From a virus, in the IMG/VR virus record IMGVR_UViG_3300033518_000155, positions 1-34,155 of that record: a stretch of 34,155 nt of DNA; one strand, given 5' to 3'. Below the pieces are notes generated by a model. It worked only from the letters and a program-made list of their open reading frames with translations. It did not search any database and was not told the origin of the DNA. Made by a program: the position numbers and the translations under genes. Shown here piece by piece: positions 24,663 to 31,773 of the stretch; position 1 is the stretch's first letter, and the number at the start of each line of letters is the position of its first letter.

Positions 24663-24671
24663 TATATACCA
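24663..24671 (-). promoter_or_regulatory. Extended -10-like box TGGTATATA followed by a hairpin and the CGTTAATCA leader element
   Basis: The minus strand reads TGGTATATA-N22 (hairpin GTAAGT-AAA-ACTTAC)-CGTTAATCAAT-ATG(24629). A TTGACA lies further upstream. Confidence 0.45.
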
Positions 24672-24753
24672 ACAATAAAAACAAGGCAAGTAAAAAAGAC
24701 TAAACACAATGATTTAATCTTTTGTCAAATTGCACCACCTATTGCATATGCAA

Positions 24754-25920
24754 TTATTTAAAATAATGCGTTAGTTTTGCTACCATTCCATTTTCTTTTG
24801 ATATAACAAATCCTTCAATTGCCTTATTACTTAGATATCCATTTTTAGCATGCCAGCTATCAGTAGCAGACGGGCTTCGTAAACTCTCAACAGTGACACC
24901 TATATAATCCTTTCCTGAATTAAATTTGGTTTTTGAATAGTGATGAACGTGATGTTGAAATACGTATCTAAAATATGAATCTGCCCAATGCTTTGGAACT
25001 TCCTGTGCCATGATGAGAGGTAAGTCATGTGCCTTTGCTCCATCGCCATGAGTAGTACCAACAAGTGTATTACCATATAAGAAATACTTTCTATCAGCTG
25101 TACCAACATCACAAGTTACATTTTTATTATGTGTAAAGTAAGATGAAATACTATCAGCTAGTAACGTCCCATGAGTCTCATCATGGTTACTTGGATTATG
25201 TACTATATGGACATCCGCAACCTGAACAAGATATTCAATTACTTTGATATACATATTTTTTGCAGACTTGTATGCGGTATACCAGTCTCCATCTGTATCT
25301 TGTGGGGTCCCCTTAGTAGTGCTTGACCTTTTATTGTCAACGTGCAATACATCATTACCTATTACAAATAGTATTTTGTCAACGTTAAAGTATTTTGCTT
25401 TTAGTAACATTTCATCACACGCTTCAAGTACTTGACTAACTGCTTTATTTACATCATAACTATTGCCAGTTTCTTCAAGTGAGGCAAACTTACCAACGTG
25501 TATATCAGCTGGGTCAAAAACAAAAAGGTGTCCATCTATTATTTTGTCTCGTTTAAGTTTAGGGTACTTCGGTGCTATTTTTTTTATGTCAGAAATAAAT
25601 TCATCTCGTATTTGGTCATATGTTACAATACTTTCTTTATTTTTAATATGAATACTTGCACCGTCAACCTTAAGCCATCCGTTAGTCCAGTTGTGAGGTT
25701 TAAAATTATTCTCTTCTAGAGTATTGCTAAAAAGATTTTTTTTAAATTCATCTGTTGTTTGATTATTTTTTAACGCAATCCTTCTCACTCTATTTCTTAT
25801 ACTTTCAGCGGTTAAATCAGTACCAATTTCTTTATTGATAAACTTCGCAACCTCATCATACGAGAAACTTTGGTTTTCAGAAATTACAGATAATATTTTT
25901 TTGTTTAGATTATCTTCCAT
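24754..25920 (-). CDS. Calcineurin-like metallophosphoesterase (388 aa) with an N-terminal HTH-like region
   Basis: All five motifs occur in order: DPADIH (DxH), IGNDVLH (GD), PSNHDE (GNHD/E), GTTHGDG (H) and QHHVHH (GHxH). Whether it is a nuclease or a phosphatase cannot be told from sequence. Confidence 0.7.
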   Translation of the reverse strand: MEDNLNKKILSVISENQSFSYDEVAKFINKEIGTDLTAESIRNRVRRIALKNNQTTDEFKKNLFSNTLEENNFKPHNWTNGWLKVDGASIHIKNKESIVTYDQIRDEFISDIKKIAPKYPKLKRDKIIDGHLFVFDPADIHVGKFASLEETGNSYDVNKAVSQVLEACDEMLLKAKYFNVDKILFVIGNDVLHVDNKRSSTTKGTPQDTDGDWYTAYKSAKNMYIKVIEYLVQVADVHIVHNPSNHDETHGTLLADSISSYFTHNKNVTCDVGTADRKYFLYGNTLVGTTHGDGAKAHDLPLIMAQEVPKHWADSYFRYVFQHHVHHYSKTKFNSGKDYIGVTVESLRSPSATDSWHAKNGYLSNKAIEGFVISKENGMVAKLTHYFK

Positions 25921-25921
25921 A

Positions 25922-26227
25922 TTAGTAAAGATTAATAACTTCTACTACTTCAGTTGACTTTGTGTGGTGTAACGCTCGATACTTTTCTCGTGCTGATTCT
26001 TCGTCTGTAGAAAGTATAATAACTTGGTTGTAATCACCTGTACACATAAATGGATTTAATTTACTACCAGTTGTTTTTTGTTCTGATTCAACTTCAAACT
26101 TTCTTGTTCGTATTTCGGCTAGTTTCTTTGCTCTTAGTTTGTAAAGATAAACAAACATTTTCTTTTCAAAATCTCTGTCACCTTTGTTTTTTTGCATAAA
26201 ACTTCTAATTCGTAATATATCTTTCAT
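25922..26227 (-). CDS. Hypothetical protein (101 aa)
   Basis: ORF with 1-nt gaps to both neighbours. Confidence 0.65.
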   Translation of the reverse strand: MKDILRIRSFMQKNKGDRDFEKKMFVYLYKLRAKKLAEIRTRKFEVESEQKTTGSKLNPFMCTGDYNQVIILSTDEESAREKYRALHHTKSTEVVEVINLY

Positions 26228-26228
26228 G

Positions 26229-26483
26229 TTATTTTAATAGTTTATTTCTTCTAAATGTATCAAATATCGCTCGGTACTTTTCAAACAGGTGAGTTTTACC
26301 CTCTATCACTGCTCGTATGTTACCATTCCTGTCAAGATTAGCAACTTTCTTATAATTTAAATATCTTTCGAGTAGTTGATTCCAGCCAGTGGCTTGAAGT
26401 ACTTTTTCTAGTACAACTGCTTCTTCTCTCATCTCTGCTGGTGTGTATATATCAAACTCTCTTTCTATTGGGTCTGCTGACAT
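26229..26483 (-). CDS. Hypothetical protein (84 aa)
   Basis: ORF, tightly packed. Confidence 0.65.
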   Translation of the reverse strand: MSADPIEREFDIYTPAEMREEAVVLEKVLQATGWNQLLERYLNYKKVANLDRNGNIRAVIEGKTHLFEKYRAIFDTFRRNKLLK

Positions 26484-26485
26484 AA

Positions 26486-27144
26486 TTAATTATTATTTAA
26501 TCTTTTATTTATAATATCTATATATTCAGGTTCTTTTTCAATTAAGATATAGTTTCGGTTAGTGTTTTTACAAGCTACCCCTGTTGTTCCACTTCCTGCA
26601 AATGGGTCTAGAATCATATCGTTTTCATTAGAAAACTTTGATAATAAATACTCAAACATATCAACTGGTTTTTCTGTCGGATGCAAATTATTTCCAGTTC
26701 TTGAAAATTTAAAGATGTTCGGGTCACGCTTACCATTTATTAGACGTCTTCCTTTTTGAATAAATAATATAAATTCTATTTTTGGTGCAAAGTCGCCTTT
26801 TAAATCTCCCATACTAGTATTATTTTTTTCCATACTAATATATTTTTGATTTTAAATCTTTTCTGAAATGCTTGTTTAAATATATCTATATTATGAAAAC
26901 TACAAAATATGTAATGTGCTGTATTATCTTTTGATACTCTATAACTTTGTTCTACAAATTCTCCTATCCAATCTAAATTACTATCACCTATTATTTTGTT
27001 ATGTAATTCTTTTCTATAATTTGATTGAAAATCCATTCCATATGGAGGGTCTGTAAGTATCATATCAATACTTTTATCAGGTATTCCATTCATTATCTCT
27101 AAACAATCTCCTTGTATTACTTTGTTTTTAAATTCTTCAATCAT
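26486..27144 (-). pseudogene. Beta-class N6-adenine/N4-cytosine DNA methyltransferase split into two ORFs by a frameshift at an A7 tract (26823..26829)
   Basis: The upstream ORF carries motif IV, ILTDPPYG. The downstream ORF carries motif I, LDPFAGSGTTGVAC. The two overlap at ...TGG AAA AAA A|TA.... One additional A would give a continuous ...ILVWKKNNTSMGDLKGDFAPKIEFILF.... Confidence 0.75.
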
Positions 27145-27146
27145 AG

Positions 27147-27911
27147 TTAGTCTGCATTAGGCATCTTTTTCAGATTGTTACTTTTAATAATTTCTTGGTA
27201 TCTCTTATCCATCAGTTCATCTCTCTCTGTTGGTGTCAACCGCCTGATAGGTTTAGAGACTTCTTTTTGGTATCCCTTCTTTTCTTCTGGGAATAATCCA
27301 ATCCAGCCGTTAGTGATACTTCGCTCAATTATTCTCACATGGTCTTTCTTGTGTTCAGCTAGTAACTTAATTTGCATTTTAACTGAACGCTCGGTTAAAG
27401 TGTTTTTCTTTTCCCGCCGATGTTCAACCCAGTCGTTCCATGCTTCCTTGTTCAGCCATTTCTTAGTTTCTTCATCAAAAGAATCAAAATCCCCTACTTT
27501 CTTTTGTTCTTTATTTCTTTTCTTTTGTGTGTCGGTTTTTCCGACTAGTTTAGTATGGTTTTTCCGACTAGTTTGGTCTGTTAATCCGACTAGTTGGTTT
27601 TCCCGACTAGTAAATGATAAATTGATTGCATACTCATTTATTTGCTTTGTTCGGTCAACCTGTAATAAATTAATCTCTTCTAATCTATTAACAGAAACTA
27701 TTATAGTATCTCTGTTAAGCCCAGTACCTTTGTCATATCCATCAATTCCATTTTCCAGTTGTGATAATGAAATCTTATCTTTAACCTTATGAAATCCGTA
27801 TGTTCTACGAGCAATATACAAAAGTACCTTTAATTCACCTTTGCTTAAATCTGGTAAAAGTTCGTCTAATAAAATATTTGGAATCTGTGTAAAGTTCGGT
27901 ATCATTTCCAT
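27147..27911 (-). CDS. Replication initiator, lambda O-like (254 aa)
   Basis: The N-terminus FTQIPNILLDELLPDLSKGELKVLLYIARRTYGFHKVKDKISLSQL matches the phage replication protein O N-terminal winged-helix pattern. Iterons are embedded in the linker. Confidence 0.7.
   Translation of the reverse strand: MEMIPNFTQIPNILLDELLPDLSKGELKVLLYIARRTYGFHKVKDKISLSQLENGIDGYDKGTGLNRDTIIVSVNRLEEINLLQVDRTKQINEYAINLSFTSRENQLVGLTDQTSRKNHTKLVGKTDTQKKRNKEQKKVGDFDSFDEETKKWLNKEAWNDWVEHRREKKNTLTERSVKMQIKLLAEHKKDHVRIIERSITNGWIGLFPEEKKGYQKEVSKPIRRLTPTERDELMDKRYQEIIKSNNLKKMPNAD
27534..27613. repeat. Four iterons (core CCGACTAG) inside the initiator gene: probable origin of replication
   Basis: GGTTTTTCCGACTAGTTT is exact at 27534..27551 and 27557..27574. 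Diverged copies have cores at 27586..27593 and 27603..27610. The core spacing is 23, 22 and 17 nt. An AT-rich tract lies next to the array (27495..27533). Confidence 0.7.
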
Positions 27912-27933
27912 AACTTAAAGATACAACAAAAAC

Positions 27934-27958
27934 AAAAAAACCGCTAGTAGTAAGCAGT
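27934..27958 (-). terminator. Intrinsic terminator between the lysozyme-like gene and the initiator gene
   Basis: Minus strand CTGCT-TACTACT-AGCGG followed by TTTTTTT. Confidence 0.5.
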
Positions 27959-28022
27959 GTTTCGCAATAACCATGGCGTCTTGTCAAGGCAACTAACCAC
28001 AAGATAGTCACAGTAAATTTAT

Positions 28023-28487
28023 TTAATACCAATTATTGACACGATGAAATTCGTATGCTTTATTTGGCGTTGAGTATCTGTCTTCAATGTACTTAATAGC
28101 ACAATCAATTTGAACTCGTTTGTTGCTGGTTTTTACACAGCCGACAGTCTGCCACGTTGCATCAAGAAATCCTGCCAATCCATAAGCTGTACTTAGTTTA
28201 GGATTATGTGCAGTATTTATTTTCCAGTGCATGCTTTCTTTTGAAATGATTTTATCAAAAGAAGTCCAGTGGCTTTCGTTCCATTCTTCTGTAATTCTAC
28301 ATTTTGAATACTCTTTAATGTCTTCAAATGAATCACAAGAAATTTCGACAATCTCGACAACTTGCTCGGTAATTATAGCTTCATCTTCGAGAGTTGTAGC
28401 AAGTACATATCGTGGAATAAGGATTATACTAGCTGATACTAATAAAATTATAATAGCTAGTATTTTGTTTTGTTTAGATTTACTCAT
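28023..28487 (-). CDS. Membrane-anchored lysozyme-like / transglycosylase-like protein (154 aa)
   Basis: N-terminal TM segment KILAIIILLVSASIILI. The C-terminal IISKES ... STAYGLAGFLDATW ... AIKYIEDRYSTPNKAYEFHRVNNWY resembles the (I)..RES...G..Q...YV..RYGSW..A..FW...GWY domain of secreted lysozyme-like / aggregation-promoting-factor proteins. Confidence 0.5.
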   Translation of the reverse strand: MSKSKQNKILAIIILLVSASIILIPRYVLATTLEDEAIITEQVVEIVEISCDSFEDIKEYSKCRITEEWNESHWTSFDKIISKESMHWKINTAHNPKLSTAYGLAGFLDATWQTVGCVKTSNKRVQIDCAIKYIEDRYSTPNKAYEFHRVNNWY

Positions 28488-28607
28488 TAAATCAGGTTAT
28501 ATGCTACCTGAAAACTCGTATCTGTTTTGTGAACGAAAAAATCGCCACATATCTAGTCTAGCACATATTTTAAGTTGTATATCTTGACAGTTAATGTGAA
28601 TTATTGT

Positions 28608-28634
28608 AAAAAAAGAAGACTAATCACGGTCTTC
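28608..28634 (-). terminator. Intrinsic terminator overlapping the stop of the 63-aa gene
   Basis: Minus strand GAAGAC-CGTGATTA-GTCTTC followed by TTTTTTT. Confidence 0.6.
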
Positions 28635-28811
28635 TATCATAGGGTACAGCAAGTTAAAACATTTATTTGAATCAGGAGAGTTTGTACAAGTATATGTAAT
28701 TGCGTCATCTACTTTTTGTACTTGCTTATCTGATAGGCGTACTTTTGAAAGTAAAAATCCAAATAGCGAAATGTACAAAATTAAAATGATACTAATTTGT
28801 GCTTTGTTCAT
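28620..28811 (-). CDS. Small membrane-anchored or secreted Cys-containing protein (63 aa)
   Basis: N-terminal hydrophobic ISIILILYISLFGFLL, then YTCTNSPDSNKC. The start overlaps the upstream stop (TAATG). Confidence 0.6.
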   Translation of the reverse strand: MNKAQISIILILYISLFGFLLSKVRLSDKQVQKVDDAITYTCTNSPDSNKCFNLLYPMIEDRD

Positions 28812-28990
28812 TATTGAAGTGCTTCAACTGGAATACAGTTTCCGCTATCTTGATAATATCCAACTTGCCCGCAAGCTCGTTCTTGTTCTTGCCAGAAAGT
28901 ATCTGCTTCTTTTAAGTTCTTGTTACTATTGACAATATGGATAATTCCTAGTGTAAAGAATACAAGTGTAATGATAATATATTTTGTCAT
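28811..28990 (-). CDS. Small membrane-anchored or secreted Cys-containing protein (59 aa), not in the ORF track
   Basis: My translation is MTKYIIITLVFFTLGIIHIVNSNKNLKEADTFWQEQERACGQVGYYQDSGNCIPVEALQ. It is preceded by GGTTAATCATTAAAATTT. Confidence 0.5.
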   Translation of the reverse strand: MTKYIIITLVFFTLGIIHIVNSNKNLKEADTFWQEQERACGQVGYYQDSGNCIPVEALQ

Positions 28991-29144
28991 AAATTTTAAT
29001 GATTAACCTTTTCGGTACTATCAGTATTTCATAAATCGCAAGTGTTGTAAACTTGACATTATTTTAATATATTGTTTATTCTATTTGCCCTTGTAAGCGT
29101 TTTTATGTGCCAAGTGGGGTATAGAGTCATTTATTAAAAAATCG

Positions 29145-29168
29145 CCCCGTATGAGCGAAATCGACTTT
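29145..29168 (-). terminator. Intrinsic terminator after the gene at 29170..29406
   Basis: Minus strand TCGCTC-ATACG-GGGCGA followed by TTTTTT. Confidence 0.6.
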
Positions 29169-29169
29169 T

Positions 29170-29406
29170 CTAAGTCCTTATTTTTAAGGCTTTTTTGGGT
29201 ACTGAAATGAGGGTTAGAGAATAACCTAGTACCGAATCCTTAGGGGTACCCTTGTAATCATTTTTGTCTACAAATTTATTAAAAGCAGTGACAACTTCTT
29301 GTTCTTTGTAGTTATAGTGTAATAACACATTATTAAATATTGTCAATGAAGATAAGTTAGGACTTTTTGAAGCTAGCAAGTCAAAGTTTCTTTTGAATCG
29401 TTCCAT
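29170..29406 (-). CDS. Hypothetical early protein (78 aa)
   Basis: ORF with a TAAT-ATG junction to the upstream small ORF. Confidence 0.6.
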   Translation of the reverse strand: MERFKRNFDLLASKSPNLSSLTIFNNVLLHYNYKEQEVVTAFNKFVDKNDYKGTPKDSVLGYSLTLISVPKKALKIRT

Positions 29407-29407
29407 A

Positions 29408-29572
29408 TTATTTAAAACCTATTTGATTAGATTCTCGCAAGTGGTAATCCATTACGTCTAGCATAACTTCATCTGGTACAAAGTTTTTTTCCTTGTGCAT
29501 TGCTTCTTTTATAGAACTAGCTTCCACCCATTTCTTTACTATATAAAGATTTGTTTTTTTTAATGGTTTCAT
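29408..29572 (-). CDS. Small early protein (54 aa), not in the ORF track
   Basis: My translation is MKPLKKTNLYIVKKWVEASSIKEAMHKEKNFVPDEVMLDVMDYHLRESNQIGFK. TGGTATAAT lies 7 nt upstream of its ATG. Confidence 0.5.
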   Translation of the reverse strand: MKPLKKTNLYIVKKWVEASSIKEAMHKEKNFVPDEVMLDVMDYHLRESNQIGFK

Positions 29573-29579
29573 ACGCAAT

Positions 29580-29588
29580 ATTATACCA
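29580..29588 (-). promoter_or_regulatory. Extended -10 promoter TGGTATAAT, 7 nt upstream of the ATG at 29572
   Basis: The minus strand reads TGGTATAAT-ATTGCGT-ATG, just after a GC-rich terminator. Confidence 0.55.
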
Positions 29589-29608
29589 TTACATATTTAT
29601 TGTGCAAT

Positions 29609-29642
29609 AAAAAAGGAGGGTGACAATATGTCCCCTCCCTTT
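29609..29642 (-). terminator. Strong intrinsic terminator after the gene at 29645..29899
   Basis: Minus strand AAGGGAGGGG-ACATATTGTCA-CCCTCCTT (one bulge) followed by TTTTTT. Confidence 0.7.
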
Positions 29643-29644
29643 GT

Positions 29645-29899
29645 TTAGTTTTGAACACCTCCTTTCAATAAATGTTGTGAATGATTGTCTCCTTTGAATA
29701 AATCAGATTCAACTAATTCTGTTACATCGTCAAATTCAATGTTCAATTGTTGTACGTACACAGGAGTATAGAATCTATCTACTACTTTCTTTACTTCTGT
29801 TTCGAGTTCGTTTGATGGATGAAATGTTCCCATAGGAATCTTTTTCCCATTCAGTGTTACTATCCCAGTAACAAAGTCTAAGTTAACTGTGTAGCTCAT
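29645..29899 (-). CDS. Hypothetical first early protein (84 aa)
   Basis: First ORF after the long intergenic region that carries the promoter at 29926..29934. Confidence 0.65.
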   Translation of the reverse strand: MSYTVNLDFVTGIVTLNGKKIPMGTFHPSNELETEVKKVVDRFYTPVYVQQLNIEFDDVTELVESDLFKGDNHSQHLLKGGVQN

Positions 29900-29925
29900 A
29901 TATTATATTATTTAAGTTCTACTCT

Positions 29926-29934
29926 ATTATATCA
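29926..29934 (-). promoter_or_regulatory. Extended -10 promoter TGATATAAT (candidate early promoter), 26 nt upstream of the ATG at 29899
   Basis: The minus strand reads TTTTA-TGATATAAT-AGAGTAG..., immediately downstream of the terminator at 29941..29966. Confidence 0.5.
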
Positions 29935-29940
29935 TAAAAC

Positions 29941-29966
29941 AAAAAAACACCAAATGGTGTTCTCTT
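29941..29966 (-). terminator. Intrinsic terminator in the lysis-to-early intergenic region
   Basis: Minus strand AACACC-ATTT-GGTGTT followed by TTTTTTT. Confidence 0.65.
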
Positions 29967-30100
29967 GATACTTTGAATTGTGGGTTACAAGAATAACCAG
30001 ATACTCCTGTACGATAATCGTAAATAATATATATTATTATTTCTTGTAAGTGACGGTATCTCTACCGTCCATAACAGTATAACAGCTGGTAAAATAATAG

Positions 30101-30129
30101 CAAGAAAAGACTACCCTTTCAGTAGTCCT
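30101..30129 (-). terminator. Intrinsic terminator after the lysis cassette
   Basis: Minus strand GACTAC-TGAAAGG-GTAGTC followed by TTTTCTT. Confidence 0.55.
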
Positions 30130-30183
30130 TTCTCTAATAGAATTGTTTTACCATTAAGCTTCCACCATTCTATAAATTCGCTA

Positions 30184-30369
30184 TTAGTCAATTCGAGAAT
30201 TAGATATAAGTCGAAGCACTGCATTTATTACTCCGATGGCAGTAACTAATAGCCCTGTGTCTTGTCCGCTTTGAGAAAGAGAATCTGACACCGCCATTAA
30301 AATTCCGACAAGTGAAGTTGCGATAGCTACCCACATTGTTTTACTTGAATACCATTTTTTTGTTTGCAT
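30184..30369 (-). CDS. Small two-TM membrane protein (61 aa), lysis-cassette accessory (holin/antiholin-like)
   Basis: Two hydrophobic segments, MWVAIATSLVGILMAV and GLLVTAIGVINAVLRLI; directly downstream of the endolysin. Confidence 0.55.
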   Translation of the reverse strand: MQTKKWYSSKTMWVAIATSLVGILMAVSDSLSQSGQDTGLLVTAIGVINAVLRLISNSRID

Positions 30370-30380
30370 AATTTTATTTG

Positions 30381-31328
30381 TTAATACTTATAAATAGTTG
30401 GATTAGGTTTTGTCATGTCTATATCTACATGAACAAACTTACTAGCCCAGTTGATACCGATACGTTTGAATCCTGCTTGCATGCACGCATTGACAATAGT
30501 AAATATTTCACTTCCATTCATTGCTCGCAAGTCAACTGCTTTACCTGTTAAGTGAGCAGAGTTAGCAACACCGCCGACTTTCTTATTATGTTCTGCCGTC
30601 CTGAATCCTGAATTAATATGAAATGGGATACCAGCAATAGTTCTGGCTGTATCCAACATCTTTACTAATTCAACATCAAGATTTTTAATCTCTTCATCTT
30701 TAAAGTGTATAGGTTTATAGGTAGATGTATTTAATACCATTGCTTTAACTTCTTCTACCTTTTTAGATACTGTACTTTTATTAAATATCCATTCGAGTGC
30801 TTTTAACATACTAGGCTTTTGTGCATATCGCAGTGGTTTTAGTTCTGTTTCTTGTGAATTGGTATACATTTTATCATATCCATAAAAGTATGTATGAGTC
30901 ATTGCCATATTGCCATCGTGACTGTGCGAATATTCATGTACCATTCCTAATGTATGCTCTGGTATATTAGGAAACTCGTAATAGAATAAGCCTGCTCTTT
31001 TATATTTTGCTTTCTCGTTCCATCGCCCATAAGTTACAACTGATTTTCTAACAGGTTGTGACTGTCCATACAAATTAGGATTAAGGTTTAACTTTTTCCA
31101 TTGAGTATCAGTTAGTCGTAAATGTACCCAGTCATATCCATAGTCGTTGTAGATAGAAGCTTGTTTAATGCTTCCGCCTTCGACTACCAATCTATCAAGT
31201 ACATCTTTTTCAATAACATAATCAATTTGCAAATCAATGTTCAACTTGCTCTTAAATATACTTTTTAGATATTCGTGTTCAATTTCTGATTGTTTTCTTT
31301 TACTTGTTTCAATTACTAGAAGTTTCAT
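30381..31328 (-). CDS. Endolysin: C-terminal M15-family (VanY/M15A-type) zinc peptidase with an N-terminal HExxH-containing domain (315 aa)
   Basis: The C-terminus FHINSGFRTAEHNKKVGGVANSAHLTGKAVDL ... FVHVDID matches the SG.R....N...GG...S.H..G.A.D ... H.D pattern. The N-terminal half contains GMVHEYSHSHDG. It lies between the holin and a small membrane protein. Confidence 0.8.
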   Translation of the reverse strand: MKLLVIETSKRKQSEIEHEYLKSIFKSKLNIDLQIDYVIEKDVLDRLVVEGGSIKQASIYNDYGYDWVHLRLTDTQWKKLNLNPNLYGQSQPVRKSVVTYGRWNEKAKYKRAGLFYYEFPNIPEHTLGMVHEYSHSHDGNMAMTHTYFYGYDKMYTNSQETELKPLRYAQKPSMLKALEWIFNKSTVSKKVEEVKAMVLNTSTYKPIHFKDEEIKNLDVELVKMLDTARTIAGIPFHINSGFRTAEHNKKVGGVANSAHLTGKAVDLRAMNGSEIFTIVNACMQAGFKRIGINWASKFVHVDIDMTKPNPTIYKY

Positions 31329-31329
31329 A

Positions 31330-31773
31330 TTATTTTTTTTGAATTACCGCCAATAAACCTTGTCGTATCTTTTCTAGTACAAACGATATAGCGTCAAATT
31401 CTGCCACATACTCTTTTCGTTTTATTGATAAGTAATTACCGATAATAGAATACGCTTCAGAAAGAATAAACAATGACAACGAGTGTCTTGCAAAAGCTGT
31501 CATATCCATACCTATCCCCTTTGCGGTCAATGCTAAGATAAAAGGTACTGTCAATATGATAAGCTTTGAAGTAATACCTGCGGCGAATAAGTGACTTTTG
31601 ATAGAGTGTTTACCGCGGATAATATAACTTGCTGTTACTCCAGTAGCCATATCTACTACCATAAGGATAAACAATATCCCGTAAGTTTCGGTCGGAAGTC
31701 CAACCCAGAGCAATGGAACGTATATAAGATTTTTTAATAGTGTAAATTTCATATTTATATAATTAAACTTCAT
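31330..31773 (-). CDS. Holin, Phage_holin_4_1-like (147 aa; alternative start at 31752)
   Basis: Multi-TM protein. VVDMATGVTASYIIRGKHSIKSHLFAAGITSKLIILTV ... FILSEAYSIIGNYLSIK resembles the D..TG ... S......G..KK ... E..SI.EN pattern of that holin family. It is immediately upstream of the endolysin. Confidence 0.7.
   Translation of the reverse strand: MKFNYINMKFTLLKNLIYVPLLWVGLPTETYGILFILMVVDMATGVTASYIIRGKHSIKSHLFAAGITSKLIILTVPFILALTAKGIGMDMTAFARHSLSLFILSEAYSIIGNYLSIKRKEYVAEFDAISFVLEKIRQGLLAVIQKK

Noticed and set aside
27835-28032. 65-aa minus-strand ORF bridging the lysozyme-like and initiator genes.
   Set aside because: It overlaps both neighbouring genes and contains the intrinsic terminator at 27934..27958, so it is unlikely to be translated.
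1057-28587. All plus-strand ORFs in the track (for example 1057..1245, 1588..1932, 5924..6217, 27175..27792 at 205 aa, and 28231..28587).
   Set aside because: Each lies antisense inside a longer, well-supported minus-strand gene. Their composition is low-complexity and Ser/Leu/Phe-rich, as expected for the shadow of AT-rich coding sequence. None has a promoter or start context.
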